A DNA stretch of 64,000 bases from Candidatus Eiseniibacteriota bacterium (GCA_963707915.1 OY970178.1:3520001-3584000), one strand, 5' to 3'. Counted from the stretch's first letter, positions 50,986-61,386 are shown. The notes: generated by a model not told the origin, from the sequence alone. Translations and numbers: made by a program.

Positions 50986-53481
50986 TCAACGCAGCTGCAC
51001 GATCCTGGCGGTCCGCGTCTCGCCCGCCGCCTCGATCCGCAGGAAGTAGACGCCGGCCGCCACGGGGGCGCCGGCCGCGTCGCGGCCATCCCAGCGGGCG
51101 AGGTGCGTGCCGGCGGCGTGCACGCCGTCCACCAGCCCGCGCACCCGCCGGCCGCGCACGTCGAAGACGTCGAGCCGCGCCCTTCCCGGCCGCGGCAGGT
51201 CGAAGGAGACGCTCGCCGTGCCGCGTGAGGGGCTCGGCGAAACGGGCCCCAGGCGCAGGCCCGGCGCCCCGGGGACGGGCACGGGGACGTCCACGACCGC
51301 GCGCGGCGCCAGCAGCAGCAACCCCATCTGCGGGATCGTGAGCGTGGCCGACTGGGCGTAGCCGTCCCACGGCGCGGCCTGGGACGCGATCGTGCCCGGG
51401 TTGCCGACACCGTTGCCGTCGTAGGCCGTGGCCTGGCTGTTGAGGATCTCCTCCCAGTCGCCCGCGGCCGGCAGACCGATGACGTAGTTCGAGAGGTTCG
51501 CGTTGCCGAAGTTGGCGATCACCACGAGGGGCCGGCCCGACGGGTCGCTGCGGCGGAACGCGACGACGTTGTTCAGTTCGTCCACGTGGAAGACCTGCCA
51601 GGGCGCGTCGGCCTTGAGCGCGGGCCGCGTCCGGCGATGGCCGATCAGGTCCCTGAAGTACCGCTGGATGTTCGCGTACGTGGTCCGCTTGGACCAGTCG
51701 ATCCGGTTGGCGGCATCGGTGCCGAAGTCGGTGTCCTCGAGCCACTCGGTGCCCATCAGGAACGCCGGCACCCCGGGCGAGAGCAGCACGAGCCCCTGCC
51801 CCAGCTTCACGCGGCCCTTCGCGTAGAGGTCGTCGTGCGGGGCGACCGGGTCGATGGTCTTGACGATCCGTTGTCCGCCGCTGGTGGGCCAGCACTCGTC
51901 GTGCAGCTCGAGGAAGTCGAGCTTCCGCTTCCCGCTCAGCCAGCTCCCGCCGCCGTTGATCACGTCGCGGATCTGCGACATCTGCGGATCGCCCGAGCCC
52001 GCGGCGACGATGGCGTCGTGCAGCGTGTGCGCGAAGGCGTCGTGGTAGCTGCCGTCGAAGCCCGCGCCGCCCGTGCCGGTGGGGCGGACGATCCAGTCGT
52101 CGTCCGGGCGCTGCTCGGCGATGGTGATCCGGTCGGCGAACCGGCCGTTCTTCTCGTCGTTCAGGCGCTGCATCAGGGCCCAGCCCGAGGCGTCCTGCGG
52201 CGGGACGTTCATGTAGTCGGTGGCGTCCATGCGGAAGCCGTCCACGTGGAACTCCTCGAGCCAGGTCAGCGCGCTGTGGGCGTAGTAGTCGCGGACCGCC
52301 GCCTTGTCGAAGTCGGCCTGGGAGCCCCAGGGCGTGTTCACCGCGACCGAGTCGAAGTAGGTCTGCGAGCCGTCGTAGTTCCACATGAAGTTGTCATTGG
52401 TGGTGAAGTGGTTCCAGACGATGTCGAGGAGCACCGCGATGCCGTTGCGGTGCAGCGTGTCGATCATCTGCTTGAGCTCGTCGGGGGTGCCGTACTTCCA
52501 CTCGGGCGCCCAGGCGCTCTGCGGGTTGTAACCGGCGGAGAAGTCGCCCGGGAACTCGTTCACCGGGTTGAGCATCACCGCGTTGATGCCCAGGTCCACG
52601 AGGTGGCCGACGCGCGCAGCGACGTCGACGTAGCGGGAGGGCATTGGCGCGGTGCCGTACGGGTCGTTGCGTCCGGCGAAGGTGCCGACGTGGAGCTGGT
52701 AGACCACCAGGTCCTCGAGCGCCGGGGTGGACCAGGCGGAGTCGCCCCAGGCGTAGCGGAACGGGTCCTCGATGCGGGCGTTCAGGTTGTCGCTCGGGTC
52801 GAGCGAGCGGGCCCGCGCATCGGTGTTCCAGACCGCGTTGTTGAAGAAGTACTTGTACTTCTGGCGGTCCGCGGTGGCGGCGACCCGCGCCACGAAGTGC
52901 TCGCCCACCCGGGTCATCGGGTTGCCGAGGCCCCAGGCGTTGAACTCCCCGCGCACGTGGACCGTCGTGCGCGTCGGCGCCCATACCTTGAAGACGGTGC
53001 CGCCGCCGTTCACCCGCGTGGCCCCGACCGGGGCGTGGGAAAGCGTGGCGAAGTCCACGAGGAACCCGCCGTCGGAGGGCGGGCCATCGTTCATCCCGTT
53101 CGCGCTCAGGGCGTCGGTGTCGCTGCCGTCGGTGAGCTCGATCCAGTAGCGCAGCGTGTCCGTGAGCGCGGCCGGCGCCTGTGCGGTCCACAGGTCGTAG
53201 GGGCCCCGCGTGCCGGTCCGCGCCGCCGCGACCCAGGCGACCGCGCCGCCGTTGGTGACGCAGAGCCGGGCCGAGGTGAGGTCGTTCGCGTAGGTCTGGA
53301 AGCGGACCTGGAAGCCCTCGCGGCCCACCGGGCAGACCGGCCGGCGATCCTGCCATGGGACGTGCGAGACGCCATTCCACTCGACGTTGCCGTCGGGCGC
53401 GGCGCCGGGCGAGGGCGTGGCGGCAAGGGCGAGGACGAACAGGGCGCAGGCGGCGGGTGTCGGGAAGCTCGGCAGTCGCAA
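50986..53481 (-). CDS. Secreted GH13 glycosidase/branching-enzyme-like protein with CBM48 and FlgD-Ig/T9SS-like C-terminal domain
   Basis: signal peptide; FKVWAP..V.GEFN.W (CBM48); YQLHVGTF, DIVWNH, DGFRMDA, IAEQ, HDE; CTD SPSP...VFDVRGRRVR...WDGRD..G..VAAGVYF. Confidence 0.88.
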   Translation of the reverse strand: MRLPSFPTPAACALFVLALAATPSPGAAPDGNVEWNGVSHVPWQDRRPVCPVGREGFQVRFQTYANDLTSARLCVTNGGAVAWVAAARTGTRGPYDLWTAQAPAALTDTLRYWIELTDGSDTDALSANGMNDGPPSDGGFLVDFATLSHAPVGATRVNGGGTVFKVWAPTRTTVHVRGEFNAWGLGNPMTRVGEHFVARVAATADRQKYKYFFNNAVWNTDARARSLDPSDNLNARIEDPFRYAWGDSAWSTPALEDLVVYQLHVGTFAGRNDPYGTAPMPSRYVDVAARVGHLVDLGINAVMLNPVNEFPGDFSAGYNPQSAWAPEWKYGTPDELKQMIDTLHRNGIAVLLDIVWNHFTTNDNFMWNYDGSQTYFDSVAVNTPWGSQADFDKAAVRDYYAHSALTWLEEFHVDGFRMDATDYMNVPPQDASGWALMQRLNDEKNGRFADRITIAEQRPDDDWIVRPTGTGGAGFDGSYHDAFAHTLHDAIVAAGSGDPQMSQIRDVINGGGSWLSGKRKLDFLELHDECWPTSGGQRIVKTIDPVAPHDDLYAKGRVKLGQGLVLLSPGVPAFLMGTEWLEDTDFGTDAANRIDWSKRTTYANIQRYFRDLIGHRRTRPALKADAPWQVFHVDELNNVVAFRRSDPSGRPLVVIANFGNANLSNYVIGLPAAGDWEEILNSQATAYDGNGVGNPGTIASQAAPWDGYAQSATLTIPQMGLLLLAPRAVVDVPVPVPGAPGLRLGPVSPSPSRGTASVSFDLPRPGRARLDVFDVRGRRVRGLVDGVHAAGTHLARWDGRDAAGAPVAAGVYFLRIEAAGETRTARIVQLR

Positions 53482-53765
53482 GCGGGGCTCCGTGGCGATC
53501 GTGACCCGGGATGTGGGATGCCCGCCGGATGCAGGCCGGCCGGTGGCAGAGGCATCAAGGCTACCATGCGGGCCCCCGCAGGCCGAATCGCGGCCCGCCG
53601 GCCCGCGCCCCGGCCGCCGGGACCGGGCCGGCCCCTTCCCCGGTCGGCGCTTGGGCGTGCGCGCCCGAGTTGGTCTAGAATGCCACGGTCCTTCGCACCG
53701 TCGCCGTCGGGCGGGCCGCGTGGCGTGGTCCGCCCTTCATGAACCTCTCAACCGGAAGGTCGCAC

Positions 53766-54659
53766 GTGGAATTCCGCAAGCTGGGCATCGTCGGCGGGGG
53801 CACGATGGGCAAGTCCATCGCCGAGAAGGTCGCGTCCAACGGCATCGACGTCATCGTGGTGGAGATCGACCAGGCGATGGCCGAGCGGGCCCGCGAGGAG
53901 CTGGTCCGCATGCTGGACCGCGAGCTCGAGAAGTGGGCCATCACGGCGTCCGAGAAGAAGGTGGTCCTGTCGCGCGTGCGCTTCACCGCCGACCTCGCCG
54001 AGCTCGCCGCGACCGACATGGTCATCGAGACGGTGAACGAGGACCTCGAGACCAAGAAGGACGTCATGCGGCGACTCGGCGCGGTCTGCCCGCCCGATCG
54101 CATCTTCATCACCAACACCTCGATCCTGAGCATCACCGAGATCGCGGCGGCCTCGGGGCGGCCCGACAAGGTGCTGGGCATGCACTTCATGCGCCCGGTG
54201 ACGCGCACCCCGGTGGTCGAGGTGGTCCGCGGGGTCGAGACCTCGGACGAGACCTACGGGCAGGCCCTGGCCCTGGCCCAGGCCCTCGAGAAGACGCCGG
54301 TCGCGGTGTTCGAGTACCCGGGCTACGTCGTCACCCGCGTCATGCTGCCGATGCTGAACGAGGCCATGTACGTGGTCATGGAGGGCGTGGCCAGCGCCGA
54401 GGACGTGGACCTGGCGATGAAGCTCTCCTACGAGTTCCGCGTCGGGCCGCTCGAGTTCGCCGACCGCGTCGGGCTCGACAAGATCATGGGCTGGATGGAC
54501 CACCTGTTCCGCGAGCTGGGGGACATCAAGTACCGCCCCTGCCCGCTGCTGCACAAGCTGGTGCGCGCCGGGCACCTCGGCCGCAAGACCGGCCGCGGCT
54601 TCTTCGCGTACGACGGGCACCAGCGCGTGGCCGGCGCCGGGAAGGAGGCCGCGCTGTGA
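53766..54659 (+). CDS. 3-hydroxyacyl-CoA (3-hydroxybutyryl-CoA) dehydrogenase family protein
   Basis: GGGTMG, NTS, GMHF, NEA, GP...[26 protein letters not shown] before GTG 53766; -10 TAGAAT at 53676. Confidence 0.85.
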   Translation: MEFRKLGIVGGGTMGKSIAEKVASNGIDVIVVEIDQAMAERAREELVRMLDRELEKWAITASEKKVVLSRVRFTADLAELAATDMVIETVNEDLETKKDVMRRLGAVCPPDRIFITNTSILSITEIAAASGRPDKVLGMHFMRPVTRTPVVEVVRGVETSDETYGQALALAQALEKTPVAVFEYPGYVVTRVMLPMLNEAMYVVMEGVASAEDVDLAMKLSYEFRVGPLEFADRVGLDKIMGWMDHLFRELGDIKYRPCPLLHKLVRAGHLGRKTGRGFFAYDGHQRVAGAGKEAAL

Positions 54660-55897
54660 AGGTCCTCGTCATCAATTCCGGATCCTCGTCCGTCAAGTAC
54701 CAGCTCATCGAGACCTCGTTCGAGCTGATCGACCAGGACAGCGACCACGCCATCGCCCGCGGCTCGGTGGAGCGCATCGGGACCTCGAGCGCCGTCCACA
54801 CCTACCGCCCCGCGGGGCAGGACAAGGTGAGCGTGGTCAAGGAGATCCTCGAACACCGGGTGGCCATCGCCGACATCATCCAGACGCTCACCGCCCCGCA
54901 GACCGGCGTGATCCGCGAGGTTGCCGAGATCGAGGCGGTGGGCCACCGCATGGTGCACGGCGGCGAGAAGTTCACGCAGTCGGCCCTGTGCTCGGCCGAG
55001 GTGGTCCAGGAGATCGAGGACTGCTGCGAACTGGCGCCGCTGCACAATCCCCACAACCTGCGCGGCTTCCACGCGGCCAAGGCGATCCTGCCCGACGTGC
55101 CGCACGCGGCGGTGTTCGACACGTCCTACCACCAGACCATGCCGCAGCACGCCTACCTGTACGGCCTGCCGCACGTGCTCTACACCCGGCACGGCATCCG
55201 GCGCTACGGCTTCCACGGCACCTCGCACCGCTTCGTGGGCTGGCGCTCGCGCAAGCTGCTCGGGCGGCCGCGCGAGGAGACGCGCCTGATCACCTGCCAC
55301 CTGGGCAACGGCGCCAGCATCTGCGCCATCGACCACGGCCGGTCGGTGGACACCTCGATGGGCTTCACGCCGCTCGAGGGGCTGCTGATGGGCACGCGCT
55401 GCGGCGACCTCGACCCGGCGGTCATCTTCTACGTCATGCACAAGGAGGACCTGACCGAGTACGAGGCCAGCACCATGATGAACAAGCACTCGGGCCTGTT
55501 CGGGGTCTCGGGCCTGTCGAACGACATGCTCGAGCTCGAGAAGGCCGAGGCGCAGGGACACGAGCGCGCCCGGCTGGCGATCGACATCTTCTGCTACCGC
55601 GTGAAGAAGTACGTCGCGGGCTACGCCGCGGCCATGGGCGGGGTGGACGCGGTCGTCTTTACCGGCGGGATCGGCGAGAACTCGTCGGTGGTGCGGGCGC
55701 GTTCGATGGCGGGGCTCGAGTTCATGGGCGCCGGGATCGACCCCGCGGCCAACGCGGCGGCGATGAAGGGCAAGGAGGCCGACATCTCGACGCCGGACGC
55801 GAAGGTGCGCACGCTGGTCATCCCCACGAACGAAGAGCTGATCATCGCCCGTGACACGCTGCGGCTGGTGAAGGGCAAGCTCCGGCCGGCGAGCTGA
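54656..55897 (+). CDS. ackA: Acetate kinase
   Basis: [62 protein letters not shown]. Confidence 0.95.
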   Translation: MKVLVINSGSSSVKYQLIETSFELIDQDSDHAIARGSVERIGTSSAVHTYRPAGQDKVSVVKEILEHRVAIADIIQTLTAPQTGVIREVAEIEAVGHRMVHGGEKFTQSALCSAEVVQEIEDCCELAPLHNPHNLRGFHAAKAILPDVPHAAVFDTSYHQTMPQHAYLYGLPHVLYTRHGIRRYGFHGTSHRFVGWRSRKLLGRPREETRLITCHLGNGASICAIDHGRSVDTSMGFTPLEGLLMGTRCGDLDPAVIFYVMHKEDLTEYEASTMMNKHSGLFGVSGLSNDMLELEKAEAQGHERARLAIDIFCYRVKKYVAGYAAAMGGVDAVVFTGGIGENSSVVRARSMAGLEFMGAGIDPAANAAAMKGKEADISTPDAKVRTLVIPTNEELIIARDTLRLVKGKLRPAS

Positions 55898-55906
55898 TCG
55901 AAGTGG

Positions 55907-55948
55907 GACGCCCCGGGGCCCGCTCGGGCACCCGGGGCGTCGCTTGTT
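55907..55948 (+). terminator. Intrinsic terminator after ackA
   Basis: GACGCCCCGGG-GCCC-gctc-GGGC-A-CCCGGGGCGTC hairpin followed by GCTTGTT. Confidence 0.65.
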
Positions 55949-56067
55949 CGGGGCCGGTCACCGGTCCGTCGCAGGGGGCGGGTCCCGGGCGACCGAAGGA
56001 CGGCTAAGTACGGACACGCTCGCCCTTCGGCCGCCCGGGTCCCGCCTCCCGGTGTGAGCGGGGCGGG

Positions 56068-57216
56068 TCAGCCGACGTCGGCGGTGACCACCATCGGGTG
56101 GCGGATGAGGGCGAACGCCAGGCTCGCCGAGAGCCCCCCACCGAAGCCGAAGAACCCGACGCGACGCCCCACCGTGAGCGCGTCCGCGTTCAGGGACAGG
56201 GCGAGCGGGACCGAGGCGCTGGTGGTGTTGCCGAAGCGCCCGCCGGCGGTCAGCACCTGGCCGCGGAAGCCGCTCTTCTTCCACTGGGCGATGATCTGCT
56301 CGTTCAGCATCAGGTTGGCCTCGTGCAGGGCCACGGCGTCGAGCTCGTCGAGCCTCCAGCCCGCCTTGGCGAGCGCGGCCGTGATCCCGGGTCCGCCCAC
56401 GAACGGCACCAGCACTTCCTTCACCGCGCGGCCGTCCATCGCCAGGAGGTGCCGGCCGTTCGCGATGTCCTCGGCCGAGCGCAGCGGCGAGCGCGAGCCG
56501 CCCGCGGGCGTCTGGATGATCTCCGCGTGGCCGCCGTCGAGCCAGGACCAGAAGCGCTCCGGCGCGAACCAGTCCTCCTCGGCGGGGACCGCCTCGCAGA
56601 GCGTGGCGGTGCCGGCATCCCCCAGCACCGTGGCGAACGACCGGTCGCGCCAGTTGATGGTCGTGCTCATGCGGTCCGCGCCCACCACCACGATGCGCCG
56701 CGCCATCCCCGAGCGGATCAGGGCGTAGGCGAGCGCCAGGGACGCCACCCAGGACGAGCAGGCGAGCGAGACGTCGGCGGCCTTCATCTCGTGCGGCAGG
56801 CCGCCCACGAGGGCCGGGATGCCGAGCGCCTCCTGCAGCAGGGCCGCGTCGGGCGGGCTGTAGAGGTAGGAGGGGGTCACGCTGCCGAACAGGATCCCGT
56901 CCACGCTCGCGGGGTCCGTCCCCGTGGTCTCGAGCAGCCGGCGCGCGGCCAGGGTCGCCAGGTCGATCGTGCCCTGGCCCTCCGCGCTGAAACGGCGCTC
57001 GCTGAAGCCGATGAAACGCCGCACCCAGCGGTCGCTGGTCGCGAACTCGCGGGCCTCGTCGGGGGTGAGCCCGTGCCCGCGCTCCTGCCGCAACTGGGCG
57101 TCACGCCGGAGGCGCGCCAGGCGCAGCCGCGCCGCCACCTTTTCGTTGCTCCAGACCTGGCGCGGAGCGTAGGAACTGATGCCGGCGAGACGCATGCCGA
57201 AGGTCTGATGGTTCAC
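56068..57216 (-). CDS. 3-oxoacyl-ACP synthase III (FabH-like)
   Basis: ACSS (Cys), LGDAG, MDGRAV, HEAN (His), GNTTSAS (Asn), FGGGL. Confidence 0.85.
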   Translation of the reverse strand: MNHQTFGMRLAGISSYAPRQVWSNEKVAARLRLARLRRDAQLRQERGHGLTPDEAREFATSDRWVRRFIGFSERRFSAEGQGTIDLATLAARRLLETTGTDPASVDGILFGSVTPSYLYSPPDAALLQEALGIPALVGGLPHEMKAADVSLACSSWVASLALAYALIRSGMARRIVVVGADRMSTTINWRDRSFATVLGDAGTATLCEAVPAEEDWFAPERFWSWLDGGHAEIIQTPAGGSRSPLRSAEDIANGRHLLAMDGRAVKEVLVPFVGGPGITAALAKAGWRLDELDAVALHEANLMLNEQIIAQWKKSGFRGQVLTAGGRFGNTTSASVPLALSLNADALTVGRRVGFFGFGGGLSASLAFALIRHPMVVTADVG

Positions 57217-57348
57217 GTCCTGACTCCTTGGCGGGGCCGGGTGCGGCCGCAGTGGGACCCGATGGTTTCCGCCGCGACCCTACCACCGGGGCCGCGGCGC
57301 TCCAACCGGCACGGGCGCTGGACCTGACGAATCCCTGACGCGCCGCCG

Positions 57349-58560
57349 CTAGCCGCGCGCGCTGCCCACCGCGCTCGGGATGGCCGCGAACGCCTGCTGG
57401 AGGTCGGCGACCAGGTCCTCGACATCCTCGATGCCGGTGGAGTAGCGCACCAGGCCGTCGGTGATGCCCGCCTCGAGCCGGGCCTCGCGCGACATCCCGG
57501 CGTGCGTCATCGAGGCCGGGTGCTCGATGAGCGTCTCGACGCCGCCGAGGGACACGGCCAGGGTCGCCAGCTTGACGTTGTCCATGACCGCGCGGCCGGC
57601 CTCCAGGCCGCCCTTGAGCTCGAAGCTGATCATGGTGCCGAAGCCCGACATCTGCCGCTTCGCCAGCTCGTGCTGGGGATGCGACGGCAGGCCGATGTAG
57701 CGCACCCAGTCCACTTCGGGCCGGGACTCGAGCCAGCGGGCGATCTCGAGCGCGCCGCGCTGTGCGCGTTCGATGCGGATGCCCAGGGTCTTCACGCCGC
57801 GGAACACCAGGTAGGCCTGGTGCGGGTCCATGTTGCAGCCCAGCGCGATCATCAGCGGCCGCAGGCGCCGGTCCATCTCCTCGGTCTTCGCCACCAGGAT
57901 GCCGCCCACGATGTCGGCGTGCCCGTTGATGAACTTGGTCACCGAGTGCAGCGCGACGTCGGCGCCCAGGTCGAGGGGCTTCTGCAGGTAGGGGGAGGCG
58001 AAGGTGTTGTCCACCACCAGCGGGCAGCCGTGCGCGTGCGCGATCTCGGCCACCGCCCGGACGTCGGTGACCTGCATGGCCGGGTTCGACGGGGTCTCGA
58101 TGTAGACCAGCCGGGTGTTCGGCCGCAGGGCCTTGCGCACGTTCGCCGCGTCGGTCGTGTCCACGAACGTGGCCTCGACGCCGAACCGGGAGAGGTGCTT
58201 CTCGACCAGGCCGCGCGACGGCCCGTAGACCGAGGCCGTGCTCACCATGTGGGCGCCCTTCTCCAGCAGCGCGAGGTACACGACCGAGACCGCGCCCATG
58301 CCCGAGCTGGTGGCGATGCCGCGCCGGCCGTTCTCCAGCTCGCCGATGCACTCCTCCAACGCTTTGATCGTCGGGTTGCCCAGGCGGGTGTAGATGTAGC
58401 CGTCGTCCGCGCCGCCGAAGAGCGCGGCCCCGTGCTCGGCGTTGCGGAAGGCGAACGTGGAGGTCTGGTAGATGGGGACCGTCACGGCCCCGGTGGCGGG
58501 GTCGCCATGGAACCCGGCGTGCACCAGTCGGGTGTTGATGCCCTGCTTCTTCGACTTCAC
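57349..58560 (-). CDS. Cys/Met metabolism PLP enzyme, probably methionine gamma-lyase
   Basis: PIYQTSTF, YIYTRLGNPT, SSGMGA, DNTF, HSVTKFINGH, AVSLGGVE, HPASMTH. Confidence 0.88.
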   Translation of the reverse strand: MKSKKQGINTRLVHAGFHGDPATGAVTVPIYQTSTFAFRNAEHGAALFGGADDGYIYTRLGNPTIKALEECIGELENGRRGIATSSGMGAVSVVYLALLEKGAHMVSTASVYGPSRGLVEKHLSRFGVEATFVDTTDAANVRKALRPNTRLVYIETPSNPAMQVTDVRAVAEIAHAHGCPLVVDNTFASPYLQKPLDLGADVALHSVTKFINGHADIVGGILVAKTEEMDRRLRPLMIALGCNMDPHQAYLVFRGVKTLGIRIERAQRGALEIARWLESRPEVDWVRYIGLPSHPQHELAKRQMSGFGTMISFELKGGLEAGRAVMDNVKLATLAVSLGGVETLIEHPASMTHAGMSREARLEAGITDGLVRYSTGIEDVEDLVADLQQAFAAIPSAVGSARG

Positions 58561-58621
58561 GACGGCCTCCCTCTGGGGCGGGGTGGTCCGGGTTCACTAG
58601 GGAACGGCGGAAAGGACTGCC

Positions 58622-58651
58622 AGATTACAGGGTCGCGCCGGGGAGGCTCAA
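58622..58651 (-). promoter_or_regulatory. Putative promoter of the Met gamma-lyase-like gene
   Basis: minus strand TTGAGC-N18-TAATCT. Confidence 0.55.
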
Positions 58652-58779
58652 GCGGGAGGAATGCGGGGCGGGGACTGACCTTCCCCCCCAACGCTGGCTC
58701 AAGTCACGGTGCCAGTCACTCTGGTCGGTGGCAGACGATAGCGCTGCCCCTGCTTGGGGCGGAGACGCCTGATCGTCTC

Positions 58780-59010
58780 CTACTCCGGCCGCACCAGGAT
58801 CTCCCCGGCCACGGCGTCGTCGAGCGAGACCTCGGTCTCGCCGATGCGCAGCACCAGCGCGGGCTTCTTCTGCAGCACCGTGATCCAGGAGCCCGGCATC
58901 AGGCCCAGCGCGCCCAGGCGCGCCAGCCGGCCGTGGTTGTCGGACGCCAGCTCGACGACCTCGGCGCGCTGGCCAGGCTTGAGCCGGTGCAGCGGCACGG
59001 GGCGGCTCAT
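58780..59010 (-). CDS. feoA: Ferrous iron transport protein A
   Basis: 76 aa; L..LKPGQ.A.V, RL..LGL.PG..I.V, P....IG...V.L....A..I.V. Confidence 0.88.
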   Translation of the reverse strand: MSRPVPLHRLKPGQRAEVVELASDNHGRLARLGALGLMPGSWITVLQKKPALVLRIGETEVSLDDAVAGEILVRPE

Positions 59011-59219
59011 GGTTTCGGCTCCGGCTTCCCGGGGTCGGCGGGCGCGTGCAGCATGCGGCGCAGCAGCTTCGCCGCGCCGGACTTGTTCTCGTCCACCATC
59101 TGGTAACCGCAGTTCGGGCAGCACACCAGGTTGCAGCCCTGGACCGCGGCCATAGGGCACGAGCGCAGGCAGGAGTGGTCGGTCTCGTCGAATTCGCAAC
59201 CGCAGAGCGGGCAGAGCAT
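59007..59219 (-). CDS. Small Cys-rich protein (9 Cys in 70 aa)
   Basis: MLCPLCGCEFDETDHSCLRSCPMAAVQGCNLVCCPNCGYQ; starts 8 nt after the feoB stop, ATGA overlap with feoA. Confidence 0.8.
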   Translation of the reverse strand: MLCPLCGCEFDETDHSCLRSCPMAAVQGCNLVCCPNCGYQMVDENKSGAAKLLRRMLHAPADPGKPEPKP

Positions 59220-59227
59220 GGAGCGCC

Positions 59228-61171
59228 TCAGAAGTGGACGCCGAGGACGAGCAGTCCGAAGTGGAGCAGCACGCCGACGGCGAAAGCGAACGGGAAGACG
59301 AAGCCCACCACCCAGAACGCCACTCGCGTCCCGTGCTCGCGGGCGATGACGAGCACGTTGGCGACGCAGGGCACGAACAGCGTGATGACCACCAGGCTCA
59401 CCAGCACCTGCGGCACGCTGAGCGCGCCGGAGCGGGCCAGTGCGAACAGCCCGGCCGCGCCGTAATCGCGGCGCAGGAAGCCGATGATGAACGAGGCGGT
59501 GGTGGCGCGCGGCAGGCCCAGGCCGCCCTCGACCAGCGGCGCCGCCCAGCGTTCGAGCAGGTGCAGCGCGCCGGTGCGGTCGAGCACGAACAGCAGCAGG
59601 GTGCCCAGCGCGAAGAGCGGCAGGACCTCCTTCAGGTACCACTCGAGCCGGGCCACGGTCTTGATGACGATGTTGACGAGCTTCGGGCGGCGGATCGGCG
59701 GCAGCTCGAGGATGAAGTCGGAGCGCTCACCGGGGATCACGCGCGAGGCGGCCCAGCCCACGGCGAACATGACGCCCGTGACGACCGCGCCCCAGACCAC
59801 GATCGCCGCGGGCGGCAGGTAGGCGGTCATGCCCATGATGACGCCGAGCTGGGCCGAGCAGGGCACGCCCAGCGCGAGCAGCAGGGTGACCATCAGGCGG
59901 TCCTTGCGGGTCTCGAGGATGCGCGTCGTCATCGTGGCCATGGTGTCGCAGCCCAGGCCCAGCACCATCGGCAGCACGGCCTTGCCGTTGAGGCCGAGGG
60001 CCTTGAAGGGGCGGTCCATCATCACCGCGAGCCGCGGCAGGTAGCCGGAGTCCTCGAGCAGTCCGAACGCGATGAAGAACGTGAGCACGATCGGCATGAC
60101 GATGGCGATGCCGTAGGTCAGCGCCATGGTGACCAGCCCGTACTCCCCGACGAGCAGGTCACGTGCCAGTGGCACGGGGATGAAGCCCGCCAGCCAGGTG
60201 GCGGCCGGGTTGACGCCACGGCCGAAGAACACCTTCTCCATCCAGTTGACGCACACGCCCGCGCCCAGGCGCCCGACGAAGAGGTAGAACAGCGCCAGCA
60301 CGGCGACCAGCACCGGCACGCCCCAGACCGGGTGCAGCGCCAGGCGGCCCAGGGTCTCGCCCGCGTGCGCCTGCCGGGTCTCGGGATGGCGGACCGCCGC
60401 GGCGACCAGCTCGTCCACGGCGCGCAGGCGCTGCTGGGTCAGCACGAAGTGCAGCGGGCGGGGATAGCGTTCCGCCGTCCGCGCGACCAGCGTCTCGATC
60501 TCGGCGCGGTGCGCGGCGCCGTAACGCGTGGCCAGCTCGACGTCGCCGGCCAGGATCATCAGGGCGACGGCCCGCTCGTCCCCGTCCCGCCCTTCGAGCA
60601 GGGGCGCGAGCCGCGCGACCGCCTCCTCGATGGCCGGGTCGTAGCGCACCCGGTGGCGCACGGGACGCGCGGACGGCAAGCGCTCACGCAGCGCCGCGAC
60701 GCCCTCGCCCGTCACGGCCACGGTGGGCACCACCTGGACACCCAGCAACTGCTCGAGTCGCGCGGCGTCCACCTGGATGCCGCGCTCGCGGGCCTCGTCC
60801 ACCATGTTGACGTCCAGGAGCAGGGGCCGGTCCAGTTCGGCGAGCTGCACGGTGAGCAGAAGGCTGCGCCGCAGGTTGCGCGCGTCGGCCACCTGCAGCA
60901 GCAGGCTGCCGCCGCGCTCGAGCAGGATGTCCCGCGTGACGCGCTCGTCGTCCGAGCGGGCGTGCAGCGACTGCACGCCGGGAGTGTCCACCAGGGGCAT
61001 GCCGTCGGCTTGCCCGGTGCTCAACTCGACGGTGGTGCCGGGGAAGTTCGAGATCTCGACGTAGTGACCGGTGAGCGCGCCGAACAGGGCGCTCTTGCCC
61101 ACGTTCGGGTTGCCCACCAGGATGACGTGGGGGGCGCTCTCGAGGGAGGGATCGATCGGGAAGCGGGTCAT
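59228..61171 (-). CDS. feoB: Ferrous iron transport protein B
   Basis: GNPNVGKS, NFPGTT, DTPG, NMVD; LEDSGYLPR, GLGC, VPCSA, FILELP, VPC. Confidence 0.95.
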   Translation of the reverse strand: MTRFPIDPSLESAPHVILVGNPNVGKSALFGALTGHYVEISNFPGTTVELSTGQADGMPLVDTPGVQSLHARSDDERVTRDILLERGGSLLLQVADARNLRRSLLLTVQLAELDRPLLLDVNMVDEARERGIQVDAARLEQLLGVQVVPTVAVTGEGVAALRERLPSARPVRHRVRYDPAIEEAVARLAPLLEGRDGDERAVALMILAGDVELATRYGAAHRAEIETLVARTAERYPRPLHFVLTQQRLRAVDELVAAAVRHPETRQAHAGETLGRLALHPVWGVPVLVAVLALFYLFVGRLGAGVCVNWMEKVFFGRGVNPAATWLAGFIPVPLARDLLVGEYGLVTMALTYGIAIVMPIVLTFFIAFGLLEDSGYLPRLAVMMDRPFKALGLNGKAVLPMVLGLGCDTMATMTTRILETRKDRLMVTLLLALGVPCSAQLGVIMGMTAYLPPAAIVVWGAVVTGVMFAVGWAASRVIPGERSDFILELPPIRRPKLVNIVIKTVARLEWYLKEVLPLFALGTLLLFVLDRTGALHLLERWAAPLVEGGLGLPRATTASFIIGFLRRDYGAAGLFALARSGALSVPQVLVSLVVITLFVPCVANVLVIAREHGTRVAFWVVGFVFPFAFAVGVLLHFGLLVLGVHF

Positions 61172-61386
61172 GGAATGCCGGAGTCGGGTCCCTGGTGGCG
61201 TTCCGGCCGCGTCCTAGCCGTGGGTGAGCCGTTCATCTAACCACGTCCGGCGCGGGAGCGGAAGCCGGGCGCGGGGCGTGGCCCGGCTGGCGGCCGGCGA
61301 ACGGGCGGGGCTAGAATGCCCGCCGTCTGTGCCCGGCACCCGCGCCACCCGGCGCCAACCCCCGACCGAAAGGTGGGAGCAGGACG

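Noticed and set aside
58561..58779. SAM riboswitch upstream of the Met gamma-lyase-like gene
   Set aside because: No SAM-I core motifs seen and the predicted leader is only about 55 nt
61172..61386. Fur/DtxR box upstream of feoB
   Set aside because: No AT-rich palindrome is present
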